From Candidatus Limnocylindria bacterium (GTDB lineage Bacteria; Chloroflexota; Limnocylindria; QHBO01), in the NCBI GenBank assembly GCA_038233215.1, contig JBBSML010000007.1, positions 21,002 to 85,001 on the forward strand: a stretch of DNA of 64,000 nucleotides, written 5' to 3'. A model generated the notes under the pieces. The model did not search any database and had not been told where the DNA came from. It was given only the letters and a program-made list of their open reading frames with translations. Made by a program: the position numbers and the translations under genes. Shown piece by piece: positions 46,747 through 59,558 of the stretch; the stretch's first letter is position 1, and every line of letters starts with the position of its first letter.

Positions 46747-47856
46747 TCAGCGAGAGGCGCTGCGGACCGGCTTGGCCACGCCGCTGCGTGACCGTCGGCG
46801 GGCGTCCCACTCGTTCCAGGCGACCAGGATCTGAGCCGCGTTGAAGATCGACGAGTACGTCCCGCTGACGACGCCGAGGAGCAGTGCGAGGCCGAACGTG
46901 CGAATGGTCGGAGGACCGAGCAGCACGAGCGCACCGAGCGTGACCGCCACGGTGATCGACGTGATGATCGAGCGGCTCATCGTCTGGAGAATGGAGTGGT
47001 TGACGATGGCGCCGAACGACTCGCCGGCGTGACGAATCCGATTCTCACGGATCCGGTCGAACACGACGATCGTGTCGTGCGCGCTGAACGCGATGATCGT
47101 GAGCAACGCGGTGACGAAGAGCGCGTCGAACTCGACGTGAAAGAAGAAGCCAAGGATGGCGAATGTGCCGACCACCAGGATGACGTCATGGAGCAACGCG
47201 ACGATCGCCGCGGTGCCAAAACGGAACCCGAAGCGCATCCACAGGTAACCAAGGAGAAACAGCTCGCCGATGATGATCAGGATCGCCGAGGTTCGGATCA
47301 GCTCAACCCCGATGATGGGTCCGACGGTTCGCAGGCTCTGTGGATCGCCGGGCCCGAAGATGCCCTCGAGTTCCTCCTGGAGATCCGCGAACTCGGTCCC
47401 CTCGGCGATCGGGCCGGGTGAGGGCTCCGCGGATGGACTCACGGATCCCGACGCCGACGGCTCGGCGCTGGCGGATGGCTCGATGGACGCCGAGGGCTCA
47501 GCGCTCACGGATGGCTCGACGCTGGCCGATGGCTCGACGCTGGCCGATGGCTCGATCGACGCAGATGCCGATGGTGCGAGCGTCTCGGCGGGGATGAGGT
47601 CGATCGGCTCCGTGCGAATGCGAACGACGCCGTCGGGCAATTGCGTGACGAGCGCGTCCTCGTAGCCGAGCTCGGCGAGCGTGGCGGTCATCTCGGCGGC
47701 GGTCGGCTCATCGGCGTAGCGGACCTCCCACTCCGTGCCACCGGTGAAGTCAATCGATGGCCTGAGGCCGCCGAGGAGAATGAATAGCAGTCCGGGAATG
47801 GTGAGGATCGCGCTGATGACGAACCACAGGTTGCGCTTGCCGACGATGTCATACAT
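46747..47856 (-). CDS. secF: Protein translocase subunit SecF, with a low-complexity (EPSAS)n insertion
   Basis: Conserved N- and C-terminal SecF TM core; inserted APSASASIEPSASVEPSASVEPSVSAEPSASIEPSASAEPSAS. Confidence 0.8.
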   Translation of the reverse strand: MYDIVGKRNLWFVISAILTIPGLLFILLGGLRPSIDFTGGTEWEVRYADEPTAAEMTATLAELGYEDALVTQLPDGVVRIRTEPIDLIPAETLAPSASASIEPSASVEPSASVEPSVSAEPSASIEPSASAEPSASGSVSPSAEPSPGPIAEGTEFADLQEELEGIFGPGDPQSLRTVGPIIGVELIRTSAILIIIGELFLLGYLWMRFGFRFGTAAIVALLHDVILVVGTFAILGFFFHVEFDALFVTALLTIIAFSAHDTIVVFDRIRENRIRHAGESFGAIVNHSILQTMSRSIITSITVAVTLGALVLLGPPTIRTFGLALLLGVVSGTYSSIFNAAQILVAWNEWDARRRSRSGVAKPVRSASR

Positions 47857-47860
47857 TTGC

Positions 47861-49255
47861 TCAGCGCTCCACGTGGTACAGCTCGAGGCGGCGGCCCCAG
47901 CTCGTTCGGGTCACGAAGCGGAGCAGCGTGCGCGTCACCGTGACGGCGCTGAACATGCTGACCAGCACACCAACGATGAGCACGAGCGCAAAGCCCTTGA
48001 CGACGGTCGTGCCCTGCCAGTAGAGCCAGCCGGCGACGAGGATGGATGCCACATTCGAGTCGAGGATGCTCGACCAGGCGCGGTTGAAGCCTGCCTCGAT
48101 GGCCGGTCCGAGGGTCTTACCGGCTCGGATCTCCTCTTTCATGCGCTCGAAGATGAGGATGTTGGCGTCGACGGCCATACCGATGCTGAGTATGAAGGCG
48201 GCAACGCCGGCGAGCGTCAGCGTCACGCCGATGAGGCGGAAGATGGCGTAAATGACGAGCGTATAGAAGACGAGCGCAAAGGCGGCAAGCAGTCCGGGCA
48301 GCCGGTAGTAGGCGACCATGAAGAGCATCACCAGCAAGAGGCCGACGCCACCCGCGATCAGGGCCTGGACGAGGAAGTTCGCGCCGAGCGTCGGATCAAC
48401 GTCGTCGAAGCCGATCTCGTTGAGCGAGACAGGCAGGGCGCCGAAGCGGAGCGTGTTGAACAGGCTGGTCCGCTCGATCTCGTTCTCGGGTGTCGCGGTC
48501 CCGACCGTGATGATCGTCGTACCGCCGCAGATGGCGGTGTTGATGTCCGGCGTGGTGATCACCCGGCCATCGAGCGCGATCGGTCCAGGGCGACCAACGT
48601 TGGCGGTCGTGAACTGGCACCACGTGTCACTGCCGGCATCGGAGAGGCTGAACGAGACGCCGATCTGATTGCCTGAGCCGACATCCGGAGCCACGCTGCC
48701 CTGAACGATCTCGCCTCCATTGAAGAGCTCAGCGACGACGCCCTGCTCGAGCAGCGGACCGATGTCCTGGTCACGGGCCAGCTGTTGACCCATCGGGTCG
48801 ATGAACTGGAGCTGTCCGGTGGACCCGACCAGGTCGCGTACCTGGGCCGGATCGTTGACGCCGGGCACTTCGACCACGATTCGTCGCGAGCCATCGCCGG
48901 CAGTCTCGGTGCGCACCTGGGGCTCGCTGACGCCGATGCCCGCCACGCGGCGCTCGATGGTATCGCGCGCGACCTCGACGTCCGCATCGGTGATCTCGGT
49001 ATCCGCCTGCGGCTCGACCTCCAAGGTGACGCGCAAGCCCCCCTGAAGGTCCAAACCCAACACGGTACGGAACTCGACCCCCGCGACCTCGTCGGGCAGC
49101 CAGGAGAGGCCGAGCGTCGTGCGCGGCAGGTCGATGAAGATCGCCACGAGGGCGACCACCCCGATGAACCACGGGGCGATGCGACGCCAGGTCATATGTC
49201 GGTCGTTGCGTCCTCGGTCATGTGGAATCTCGTGTCGGCCCGGTATGCCGGACAC
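47861..49255 (-). CDS. secD: Protein translocase subunit SecD
   Basis: SecD periplasmic domain and C-terminal six-TM bundle; the true start is possibly the internal MTWRRIAPW (~49195). Confidence 0.8.
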   Translation of the reverse strand: MSGIPGRHEIPHDRGRNDRHMTWRRIAPWFIGVVALVAIFIDLPRTTLGLSWLPDEVAGVEFRTVLGLDLQGGLRVTLEVEPQADTEITDADVEVARDTIERRVAGIGVSEPQVRTETAGDGSRRIVVEVPGVNDPAQVRDLVGSTGQLQFIDPMGQQLARDQDIGPLLEQGVVAELFNGGEIVQGSVAPDVGSGNQIGVSFSLSDAGSDTWCQFTTANVGRPGPIALDGRVITTPDINTAICGGTTIITVGTATPENEIERTSLFNTLRFGALPVSLNEIGFDDVDPTLGANFLVQALIAGGVGLLLVMLFMVAYYRLPGLLAAFALVFYTLVIYAIFRLIGVTLTLAGVAAFILSIGMAVDANILIFERMKEEIRAGKTLGPAIEAGFNRAWSSILDSNVASILVAGWLYWQGTTVVKGFALVLIVGVLVSMFSAVTVTRTLLRFVTRTSWGRRLELYHVER

Positions 49256-49300
49256 GAAACGCGCCGCTTCACCAGCGGCGGGCGACGATGAGTATAGCTG

Positions 49301-51238
49301 CTATGCCAGCATCCCCTCGCGGGCAAGATGTGCTTTCAGGCGTTCGGCAAGATCGCGGCTGATTCCCGGCGTGTCCGCCACCTCGCTCACGGACGCCTCC
49401 CGAATGCGGCGGACCGAACCGAAGCGCTTGAGGAGCAGCTTCTTTCGACCGGGACCGATACCGGCGATGTCATCGAGCTCGCTGCGGAGTGCCCGCTTAC
49501 CACGGACGTCGCGGTGATAGGTGATCGCGAACCGATGCGCCTCGTCGCGGATGCGCTGCACCAGATACAGCGCCTGCGATCGACGCGGCAGCACGACCGG
49601 CGCCGCACGACCGGGCAGGTGGAGCTCCTCGAACCGCTTGGCCAGGCCGGATAGCGGCACGTCGGTGATACGGAGATCGTGCATCACGCCGACGGCCGCC
49701 GAGAGCTGGCCCTTTCCGCCGTCCACGATGACGAGGTCGGGTACCGCCCATCCCGCCTCGCGCGGGCGATCCGCATCATCCTCGGGAACCTCGTCCGCAC
49801 CCACCGCGTCGAGCGAGAGCGCGCCGGTCTCGGAACGAAGCTTCGCGACGCGGCTGAATCGGCGGCGCAGGACCTCGGCCATCATGCGGAAGTCGTCCGG
49901 CGTGTCGCCGGATCGGATGCGGAAGCGACGGTACTCCTTCGGCTCAGGACGTCCGTCGATGAAGACGACCATCGACCCGACCGCCGAGGTGCCCTGGATG
50001 TTGCTCATGTCGTAGCACTCGATGCGCTCGGGCGGCTTCGAAAGTCCCAACGCCGAGGCGAGCTCACCCAGCGCCTCGTCTCGCCTGGCGGTATCGGCCA
50101 TCCATTCCGCCCGCTCTCGGGCCAGCGCCTCGACCGCGTTCCCCGTCGCCATCGCCACCAGCCGGCGTTTCTCCCCGCGCTCGGGAACCGTGATCGTCAC
50201 GCGCACGCCACGTCGATCTGCCAGGAAGGTGGCGAGACCATCCGCCTCGGACGGCATGAGCGGAGTGAGAAGGGCGCGCGGGAGCGCATCGGTGCTGGCG
50301 TAGTACTGCTGAAGGAATGAGCCGAGCACCTCCGCATCGGCCACGTCGCGGGCACCCTCGACCATGAAATGCTCGCGCCCGATGAGCCTGCCGTTCCGCA
50401 CCTGCATGACCTGCACGCAGGCGTCGTCCTCTTGACGCGCCAGGCCGATGACGTCGTGCTCCGCCCGGCTGAAGGCAGCCATCTTCTGCTGCTCCATGGT
50501 GCGCTCAACGGCGCGGAGCTTGTCGCGGGTGGAGGCAGCCTGCTCGTACCGCAGCGCCTCGCTGTGCCCGGCCATCTCGTGACGCAGATCGTTCGCGATC
50601 GGCTCCTGTTTGCCGTCCAGAAAGTCGACGATCTGGCCAATCGTCTCGCGGTATTCCGGCTTCGGGATGGCCTCAATGCACGGGCCCTGGCATCGGTTGA
50701 TGTAATAGAGCAGACAGGGTCGCTCGAGCACCCGCTTGCCCTCGGGGATGTCGAGATTGCAGGTCCGGAACGGAAAGATCTTGCGCAGCAGCTTCAGGGT
50801 TTCATCGACGCTGCTGGCGCTGGCGTACGGACCGAAGTAGCGACTGCCATCACGCACGAGCCTCCGCGTCCGGACGATGCGCGGGAAGTCCTCGGCGAGC
50901 GTGATTTTCACGAATGGGTAGCTCTTGTCATCGCGCAGCCGAATGTTGAACCGGGGGCGATGCTGCTTGATCAGGTTGCTCTCGAGCAGGTACGCCTCAC
51001 TGACCGTATCGGTGACGATGTACTCGACGTCAACCACCTCGGTCACCATTCGGCTGATCCGCGCGTCGTCCGGTCCGCGGGCGGTGAAGTACGACCGGAC
51101 GCGGTTACGGAGCGCGTCGGCCTTGCCCACGTAGAGCACGCGGCCATCGGCGTTCTTCATCAGGTACACGCCGGGCGACGTCGGCAGCCGACGCAGATTG
51201 GCGCGCAATGCTGCGGGTATCGCGCGCTGGAGACTCAT
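49301..51238 (-). CDS. uvrC: Excinuclease ABC subunit C
   Basis: N-terminal GIY-YIG (PGVYLMKNADGRVLYVGKA), UvrBC-interaction domain, RNase H-like domain and C-terminal HhH. Confidence 0.9.
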   Translation of the reverse strand: MSLQRAIPAALRANLRRLPTSPGVYLMKNADGRVLYVGKADALRNRVRSYFTARGPDDARISRMVTEVVDVEYIVTDTVSEAYLLESNLIKQHRPRFNIRLRDDKSYPFVKITLAEDFPRIVRTRRLVRDGSRYFGPYASASSVDETLKLLRKIFPFRTCNLDIPEGKRVLERPCLLYYINRCQGPCIEAIPKPEYRETIGQIVDFLDGKQEPIANDLRHEMAGHSEALRYEQAASTRDKLRAVERTMEQQKMAAFSRAEHDVIGLARQEDDACVQVMQVRNGRLIGREHFMVEGARDVADAEVLGSFLQQYYASTDALPRALLTPLMPSEADGLATFLADRRGVRVTITVPERGEKRRLVAMATGNAVEALARERAEWMADTARRDEALGELASALGLSKPPERIECYDMSNIQGTSAVGSMVVFIDGRPEPKEYRRFRIRSGDTPDDFRMMAEVLRRRFSRVAKLRSETGALSLDAVGADEVPEDDADRPREAGWAVPDLVIVDGGKGQLSAAVGVMHDLRITDVPLSGLAKRFEELHLPGRAAPVVLPRRSQALYLVQRIRDEAHRFAITYHRDVRGKRALRSELDDIAGIGPGRKKLLLKRFGSVRRIREASVSEVADTPGISRDLAERLKAHLAREGMLA

Positions 51239-51383
51239 GGACCGATTCTAAGCGTGGTAGTGGACGGGTTCTGAGCTCGATCGGCTCTCGCAGTGGACCG
51301 GTGCTGGTATGTCGGGTCGGCAGGCACACCAACGCTGCGAGGAGATACTGCCTCGTCCACGAGTCGCACGTGCACTTGTCGGC

Positions 51384-51917
51384 TCAGTCGTGAACCGCTC
51401 GGCCTGATGTGTCGGCAAGCGAAGTCACGTCCAGCCCAACGTATGTCACGCCGTCTCCGGCTTCATCGAGCAGAGCCATCAGCCGATCCAGTCGCGGCGA
51501 CGTGCGGGCAATCTCGTCCCGGCTGATCCACCCGACCTCGGCGATCTCCCCGAACTGCGGCTCGAGCACGCCACCGTCAAGCGTGGCCACGAACACGAAG
51601 CTGACATCGCGCGCCCGATGGGCGTCGACGAGGAGCAACCGCTCGATGGTGACGTGAAGCCCGGTCTCCTCCAGGGTCTCGCGCACGGCTGCCGCATGGG
51701 GCGTCTCCCCTCGCTCGATGCGTCCACCCGGCAGCATCCATCCGGGGCCGAGGTACGTGGTGCGCACCGCCAGGATGCGTCCGTGCTCGTCGACGGTCAG
51801 CACATTCGCACCCTCGGTACGGCGGTATCGACCGCCGAACAAGCCTGCGAACTGGACGGCGCCCCCGACGATCAGACGCGGGACATCGACGAGCCGGAGC
51901 CGACGGCTACGGCGCAT
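51384..51917 (-). CDS. NUDIX hydrolase
   Basis: Nudix box GGRIERGETPHAAAVRETLEETG. Confidence 0.7.
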   Translation of the reverse strand: MRRSRRLRLVDVPRLIVGGAVQFAGLFGGRYRRTEGANVLTVDEHGRILAVRTTYLGPGWMLPGGRIERGETPHAAAVRETLEETGLHVTIERLLLVDAHRARDVSFVFVATLDGGVLEPQFGEIAEVGWISRDEIARTSPRLDRLMALLDEAGDGVTYVGLDVTSLADTSGRAVHD

Positions 51918-53124
51918 CGGCACCCTCGGGCTCGACCGGGCGAGCGAGCTCGGTCGCGAGATATGACTGAAGCCGCCCGTAGTCACCCGGACCGGTCCAG
52001 CCGACAGGAAGGAGGATGTACTGGCCGATGGTGTTGGTGGTCGCGGTGAGCACCACGTCCTCGCTGAGCTCGACGCGCCGGTCGCTGGAAAGGTGAGACG
52101 AGAGCAGGAACAGGTCGATCGCCGACAGGTCGGTACGCACCCGCCCCTCCATGGCATCCATCAGACGCAGGCCGGGTCCGAGTGAGCCGATGCCGCCCGA
52201 TCCCAGCTCCTTCCGCAATGCGCTGAAGATGCGAGCCTGTCGCACAGAGCGGGCGAAGTCGGTCGATTCGCTGGGAACGTTCGTGAAGCGGGCGCGAGCG
52301 TAGGCAAGCGCCTGCTCACCGTCAAGATAAATCTCACCGACCGGAAAGCTGCCTGATTCCCACCGCTCGGCCTGGTGGAGCGCTTCGGTGTTCGTGTACG
52401 CAAAGCTGACCGGGTTGTCGACCGTCACCCCGCCAACGGCATCCACCATCTCCATGAAGCCGTCGAAGTCGATGGCGAGCCAATGGTCGATCCCCAGACC
52501 GGTCACCTGAGAAAGCACCTCGGCCATGAGGGACCCCGCGCCGTCGAGGCGCCCGGCCTCACCCGCGTCGACAGATTCATGGCCGACCGAATAGACCTCG
52601 TTGACCTTGCCGTTCTGGCTGAACGCCTCGATCCCCTCGATCCACAGGTCGCGCGGAATGGGAATAGTGGTCGTGCTGTCGGTGACGGGATCGATCGAAA
52701 GGATCTGAAGCGAATCCGCGAGGTAGGGGCCCTTATGGTCACCTCCGCCATAGCCGACCATCAGCACATTCACGCGCTCGCTGCCATTCAGGTCCCCCAG
52801 GAGCGCCGTCGATGGGAATGGAGCGCTCGAGACGGCCGCATTGAATGACGCGGCACGCAGGAAGAGCAGGAGGCCGCCGACCACGACGACGACGAGCGCG
52901 AGGAGAAGCATGATCCTCAGCGTTCGGCCCACGGATCCTCGGCGACGAGCTCGAGGAACACGGCCGCGGGGGGGTGGCTTGAACGTTGCCTGTCGCCGTC
53001 GTTCTCCGCGCTGGGACGCCCCGCCCGACCGGATCAGCTCTCGGTCATAGGGAACGGTGTCGTCACCATCGGCGGATTGGGCCTGTCGTCTCACGCTTGG
53101 CTCATGGGTCTGCTCGGTCCTCAA
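51907..53124 (-). CDS. LytR-CpsA-Psr (LCP) family protein
   Basis: N-terminal TM anchor; VNVLMVGYGGGD...LADSLQILSIDP...IPIPRDLW LCP core motifs. Confidence 0.7.
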   Translation of the reverse strand: MRTEQTHEPSVRRQAQSADGDDTVPYDRELIRSGGASQRGERRRQATFKPPPRGRVPRARRRGSVGRTLRIMLLLALVVVVVGGLLLFLRAASFNAAVSSAPFPSTALLGDLNGSERVNVLMVGYGGGDHKGPYLADSLQILSIDPVTDSTTTIPIPRDLWIEGIEAFSQNGKVNEVYSVGHESVDAGEAGRLDGAGSLMAEVLSQVTGLGIDHWLAIDFDGFMEMVDAVGGVTVDNPVSFAYTNTEALHQAERWESGSFPVGEIYLDGEQALAYARARFTNVPSESTDFARSVRQARIFSALRKELGSGGIGSLGPGLRLMDAMEGRVRTDLSAIDLFLLSSHLSSDRRVELSEDVVLTATTNTIGQYILLPVGWTGPGDYGRLQSYLATELARPVEPEGADAP

Positions 53125-53214
53125 TGGTCAGCTGGGCGGCGCCGGAAAGGATACGGCCTGGACCGATAAGCCGCCGATGATCGGCTGGTAATCGGGCGCC
53201 CCGATGATGAGCTC

Positions 53215-54861
53215 ATGGCCATCTCCGCTGCCCCTTCGTTCGCGGTCGACGCGATCCTGGCGGTGCTCGACCCGGAGCAGCGCGCCGCGGCGATCCTGCC
53301 GGACGGACCGGCGCAGATCATCGCGCCCGCGGGCAGCGGCAAGACAACCACCATGGTCGCTCGGCTGGCGGTGCTGCTCTCACGGGGCGTGTCGCCGGAG
53401 CGAATCTGCGTTGTCACCTTCAACCGTGATGCGGCCCTGGACCTCGCCGTGCGGGTCAAACGCCGACTGGCGGCTTCGCTCCCCGCGGCCACATCGATCG
53501 AGGTGCGAACGCTGCACGCCCTTGCGCGCCAGGTGCTGCTTGACGCGGACGAGGGCCACAACATTGTCGCGGACCGCCTCCCACTGCTTCGAGCAGCACG
53601 ACGCCGCGTGATGCTTGATGCGCCGACAGATGGAACAGCCGAGCCATCGCAGCTTGATACCTACCTCTCGGCCTGGAAGATCGAAGGACGCCCCCCGCCC
53701 GACGAAGCACGCCCGGTCCTGCAGGCATACGCGGATCTGCTGCGCATCCGAGGGGCAGTCGACTTCGATGACCTCGTCGTGCGGGCGTGCGACCTGCTCG
53801 AGACCGATCCTCGTCTCCGCCTGCGGTGGCAGTCGCGCTTCAGTCACGTCTGCGTCGATGAATTCCAGGACGTGGACGCCGCGCAGCTCAGGCTCGTTCG
53901 ACTGCTCGCCACGCCCGAGGACAACCTGTTCGTGGTCGGCGACGACGACCAGACGATCTACGCGTGGCGCCTGGCCGACGTGCGCCGCATCCTGCGCTTC
54001 TCCCTCGACTATCCCGCTGCACGTCGCGTGATGCTGGCCACGAACTACCGCTGCCCGGCAGCGGTCGTCGCCGCCTCTGCCCAGATGGTCGCAGTCAACC
54101 GCGAGCGCTTCGACAAACCAATTCGAGCGCCCGCCGCCGCAGCTGACACCGATACGGCGATCGCGGCATGGAACAGCGCCGGACCGGCCTGGACCGATGC
54201 ACTCGTGCGCCTTTCGACCGTCGAGGACGCCGCCGGCCGGTCGCTGTGCTTCCTTTCGCGGACCCGTGGCGAGCTGACTCCCATCCTCCTGGCGCTCGTA
54301 CACGGCGGCATCCGACACCGGACCGCGATCGCGCCCATCGTGGAGAATGAGCGAATCATCGCCCTCGTGGAGGCTGCCCGTCCGCTTGACACGCCGGAGC
54401 ATCCGTTCCACGTGCTTCGCCGCCTGCGAGCAGGCTGCGGCTGGTCACGCGATGACCCGGCGTCCGACCTGCTCGGGGACGACGACCACGCCGCGCTCGA
54501 TGCCATGCTCGGTTGGTCGACCGGCTTCTCGCTGATGCCCTCGTTCGTAGCGGCCTACGATGCCGCGCGAACACGAATTGCCGGCCTGCGAGACCCGAGC
54601 GCGACGGTTGAGCTCGCGACCGTGCATGCGTCCAAGGGCCGTGAGTGGGAGACCGTCGTGCTCGTCGGCTTCGAAGCGGATCGGATCCCGAACCGACGCT
54701 CGCTCCTCGATGCGGACGACCCCGACCGCGCGCTGGAGGAGGAACGCCGCCTCGCCTATGTCGCGCTTACACGGGCCACCCGCCAGCTCATCCTCGGCTT
54801 CGACCCGGCTCACCCGTCACCGTTTCTCGCCGAAATGGGCTTCGGCACCGTCCGCGGATAG
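53215..54861 (+). CDS. UvrD/Rep/PcrA-family helicase-like protein (short form, 548 aa)
   Basis: Walker A APAGSGKTTTMV, DEFQD (motif II), VGDDDQTIYAWR (motif III), C-terminal VHASKGREW...VALTRA. Confidence 0.7.
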   Translation: MAISAAPSFAVDAILAVLDPEQRAAAILPDGPAQIIAPAGSGKTTTMVARLAVLLSRGVSPERICVVTFNRDAALDLAVRVKRRLAASLPAATSIEVRTLHALARQVLLDADEGHNIVADRLPLLRAARRRVMLDAPTDGTAEPSQLDTYLSAWKIEGRPPPDEARPVLQAYADLLRIRGAVDFDDLVVRACDLLETDPRLRLRWQSRFSHVCVDEFQDVDAAQLRLVRLLATPEDNLFVVGDDDQTIYAWRLADVRRILRFSLDYPAARRVMLATNYRCPAAVVAASAQMVAVNRERFDKPIRAPAAAADTDTAIAAWNSAGPAWTDALVRLSTVEDAAGRSLCFLSRTRGELTPILLALVHGGIRHRTAIAPIVENERIIALVEAARPLDTPEHPFHVLRRLRAGCGWSRDDPASDLLGDDDHAALDAMLGWSTGFSLMPSFVAAYDAARTRIAGLRDPSATVELATVHASKGREWETVVLVGFEADRIPNRRSLLDADDPDRALEEERRLAYVALTRATRQLILGFDPAHPSPFLAEMGFGTVRG

Positions 54862-54934
54862 ATCGCCCGTTTCGACCACCGACTTGATGCGGCGAGGCGC
54901 CACTCGGCGTGAGGGCAGCCCGGTGTCTCGACCG

Positions 54935-57874
<2,940 letters not shown>

Positions 57875-57907
57875 CGGACGTTCATCGTAGCAGGAACGGG
57901 ACCGATG

Positions 57908-57921
57908 CGAACGCCTGTTCG
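57908..57921. promoter_or_regulatory. Predicted LexA/SOS (Cheo-type) box CGAACGCCTGTTCG, 34 bp upstream of the uvrA start
   Basis: GAAC-N4-GTTC palindrome matching the Gram-positive/actinobacterial consensus TCGAAC-N4-GTTCGA. Confidence 0.55.
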
Positions 57922-58090
57922 GTTTGGCACTTGCCCAGCGGGGCGTACCGTGACGAATGGCGGCAAACATGGCGGAAGTATCCGGATGGGGGTGGTTAGT
58001 CACGATTGTCATGTCGTCACGGGCGGCGCATGGTACTGGGACATCGGTACCGTGTGCCGACCAGGGGGATCGGGGGGAGACATATGGGGA

Positions 58091-58132
58091 CCCGGGCCGA
58101 TTGCCACACCAGATGATGGCAATCGGCCCGGG
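58091..58132. other. Perfect 16-bp inverted repeat (CCCGGGCCGATTGCCA / TGGCAATCGGCCCGGG) with a 10-nt loop, in the uvrA/ABC divergent intergenic region
   Basis: Read directly. Confidence 0.9.
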
Positions 58133-58160
58133 ATGTTGCCCGGACGAGGTGGCAGGAACG

Positions 58161-58415
58161 ATGTTTTCGGTTGCGGTCAGGGGATGCGGCATCATCATCT
58201 GGGACGGTGACGGCGAATGGCGCATGTTCGCCGTGAGTGAATCGGTGAGCCGTACCCTCGGGGCACGCGTGGAGTTCGCCCTGCAATCGATTCCGCTGGC
58301 GGCAAATGACATCGAGGTCCGGGAAGCGCTCCTCTCGATAGCCGGCGCCGCCTTTCTCTCCGCCGACTGCGAGCACGGCCCCGGCGAGTGCGACGGAGAG
58401 GCAAACTTCAGCTGA
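58161..58415 (+). CDS. Hypothetical small Cys-containing protein (84 aa) immediately upstream of an ABC-2 exporter operon
   Basis: ATG with the upstream AGGAA SD-like motif, high GC3; [20 protein letters not shown]...[17 protein letters not shown]; no recognizable family. Confidence 0.35.
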   Translation: MFSVAVRGCGIIIWDGDGEWRMFAVSESVSRTLGARVEFALQSIPLAANDIEVREALLSIAGAAFLSADCEHGPGECDGEANFS

Positions 58416-58485
58416 GTGGGCATTGGCTGCCTGCGACGATGACGTATTCGCGACGATGGTGACCGGTGTTACCATCCCTCTCCCG

Positions 58486-58496
58486 CCCCCCCCCCC
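58486..58496. repeat. Homopolymeric C11 tract 7-28 nt upstream of the ABC transporter start
   Basis: tcccgcccccccccccgcctgcttg. Confidence 0.9.
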
Positions 58497-58502
58497 GCCT
58501 GC

Positions 58503-59558
58503 TTGAGCACGTGCTGTCTTTCGATGCCTGACGAACTCGCCATCCACGCCCGCGGGGTGACCCGCGTCTACAAGGCCAAGCCGACTCCCGTGACGGCCCT
58601 CGGCGGCGTTGACCTCGACGTCGAGCCAGGCGAGTACTTCGGCCTGCTGGGTCCGAATGGTGCGGGCAAGACAACCCTGATCAAGATCCTGACGACACTC
58701 CTCCTGCCGACGAGCGGGACGGCGAAGGTCGCCGGCTTCGACGTGGTCCACGAGACGGCGAAGATTCGGCGCGTGATCAACATGGTGGCGGGGGGCGAGC
58801 AGTCGGGGTATGGCCTGCTCACCGTCCGCGAGCAGCTCTGGATGTTCAGCCAGTTCTACGGCCTGCCGACGCGTGAAGGATGGCGCCGCGTGGACGAGCT
58901 GATCGAGATCACCGGCCTGACCGAGCAGCGCCAGCAGAAGGTCCGCACGCTCTCCACCGGCCAGCGCCAGAAGCTCAACTTCGCGCGTGGCCTGCTGAAT
59001 GACCCGTGGGTCCTGTTCCTGGACGAGCCGACACTCGGATTGGACGTCGCCGCGGCAAGGGATCTCCGTGAGCACACGCTCTCCTGGAAGGCGGCCGCGC
59101 CCGGGCGCACCCTGCTGCTCACGACCCACTACATGGTCGAGGCCGAGCAGCTCTGCGACCGAATCGCGATCGTCGACCGCGGCAAGATCCTGGCGCTTGG
59201 CACGCCGGAGGAGCTCCGGCGACGCGTGCAGGCCGAGTCGATCTTCCGTCTCGAGCTCGATCGAATGCCACAGAGCGGCGGCATCGCCGGGATCGCGGCG
59301 CTGCCCGGAGTCCTGTCCGCGGTGCGCGCGGACGAGGAGATGGCGGACGGCGGCGCTTCGGACCGCGTGGCGCTCAAGATCGCGCTCGCCGACGATTCTG
59401 CCCTGACCAGCGTGGTCACCGCGGTCGCCGAGCGCGGTTCGCATCTCATGGGCCTGGCGAAGTCGGAGCCGAGCCTGGAGGATGTGTTCGTCGAGCTTGT
59501 CGGCCGCGGCTTCGGCGACGAAGGCGACGAAATGGGCAGCGAGGAGCCAGCCGCATGA
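58503..59558 (+). CDS. ABC transporter ATP-binding protein (ABC-2/DrrA-like)
   Basis: Walker A GLLGPNGAGKTT, signature LSTGQRQK, Walker B LFLDEPT; the start is probably the ATG at 58524. Confidence 0.8.
   Translation: MSTCCLSMPDELAIHARGVTRVYKAKPTPVTALGGVDLDVEPGEYFGLLGPNGAGKTTLIKILTTLLLPTSGTAKVAGFDVVHETAKIRRVINMVAGGEQSGYGLLTVREQLWMFSQFYGLPTREGWRRVDELIEITGLTEQRQQKVRTLSTGQRQKLNFARGLLNDPWVLFLDEPTLGLDVAAARDLREHTLSWKAAAPGRTLLLTTHYMVEAEQLCDRIAIVDRGKILALGTPEELRRRVQAESIFRLELDRMPQSGGIAGIAALPGVLSAVRADEEMADGGASDRVALKIALADDSALTSVVTAVAERGSHLMGLAKSEPSLEDVFVELVGRGFGDEGDEMGSEEPAA

Noticed and set aside
57957-58160. N-terminal 68 codons of track ORF 57957..58415
   Set aside because: This stretch spans the perfect 16-bp hairpin and has no SD. 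Only the downstream Met at 58161 has a plausible RBS, and even that call is low-confidence.
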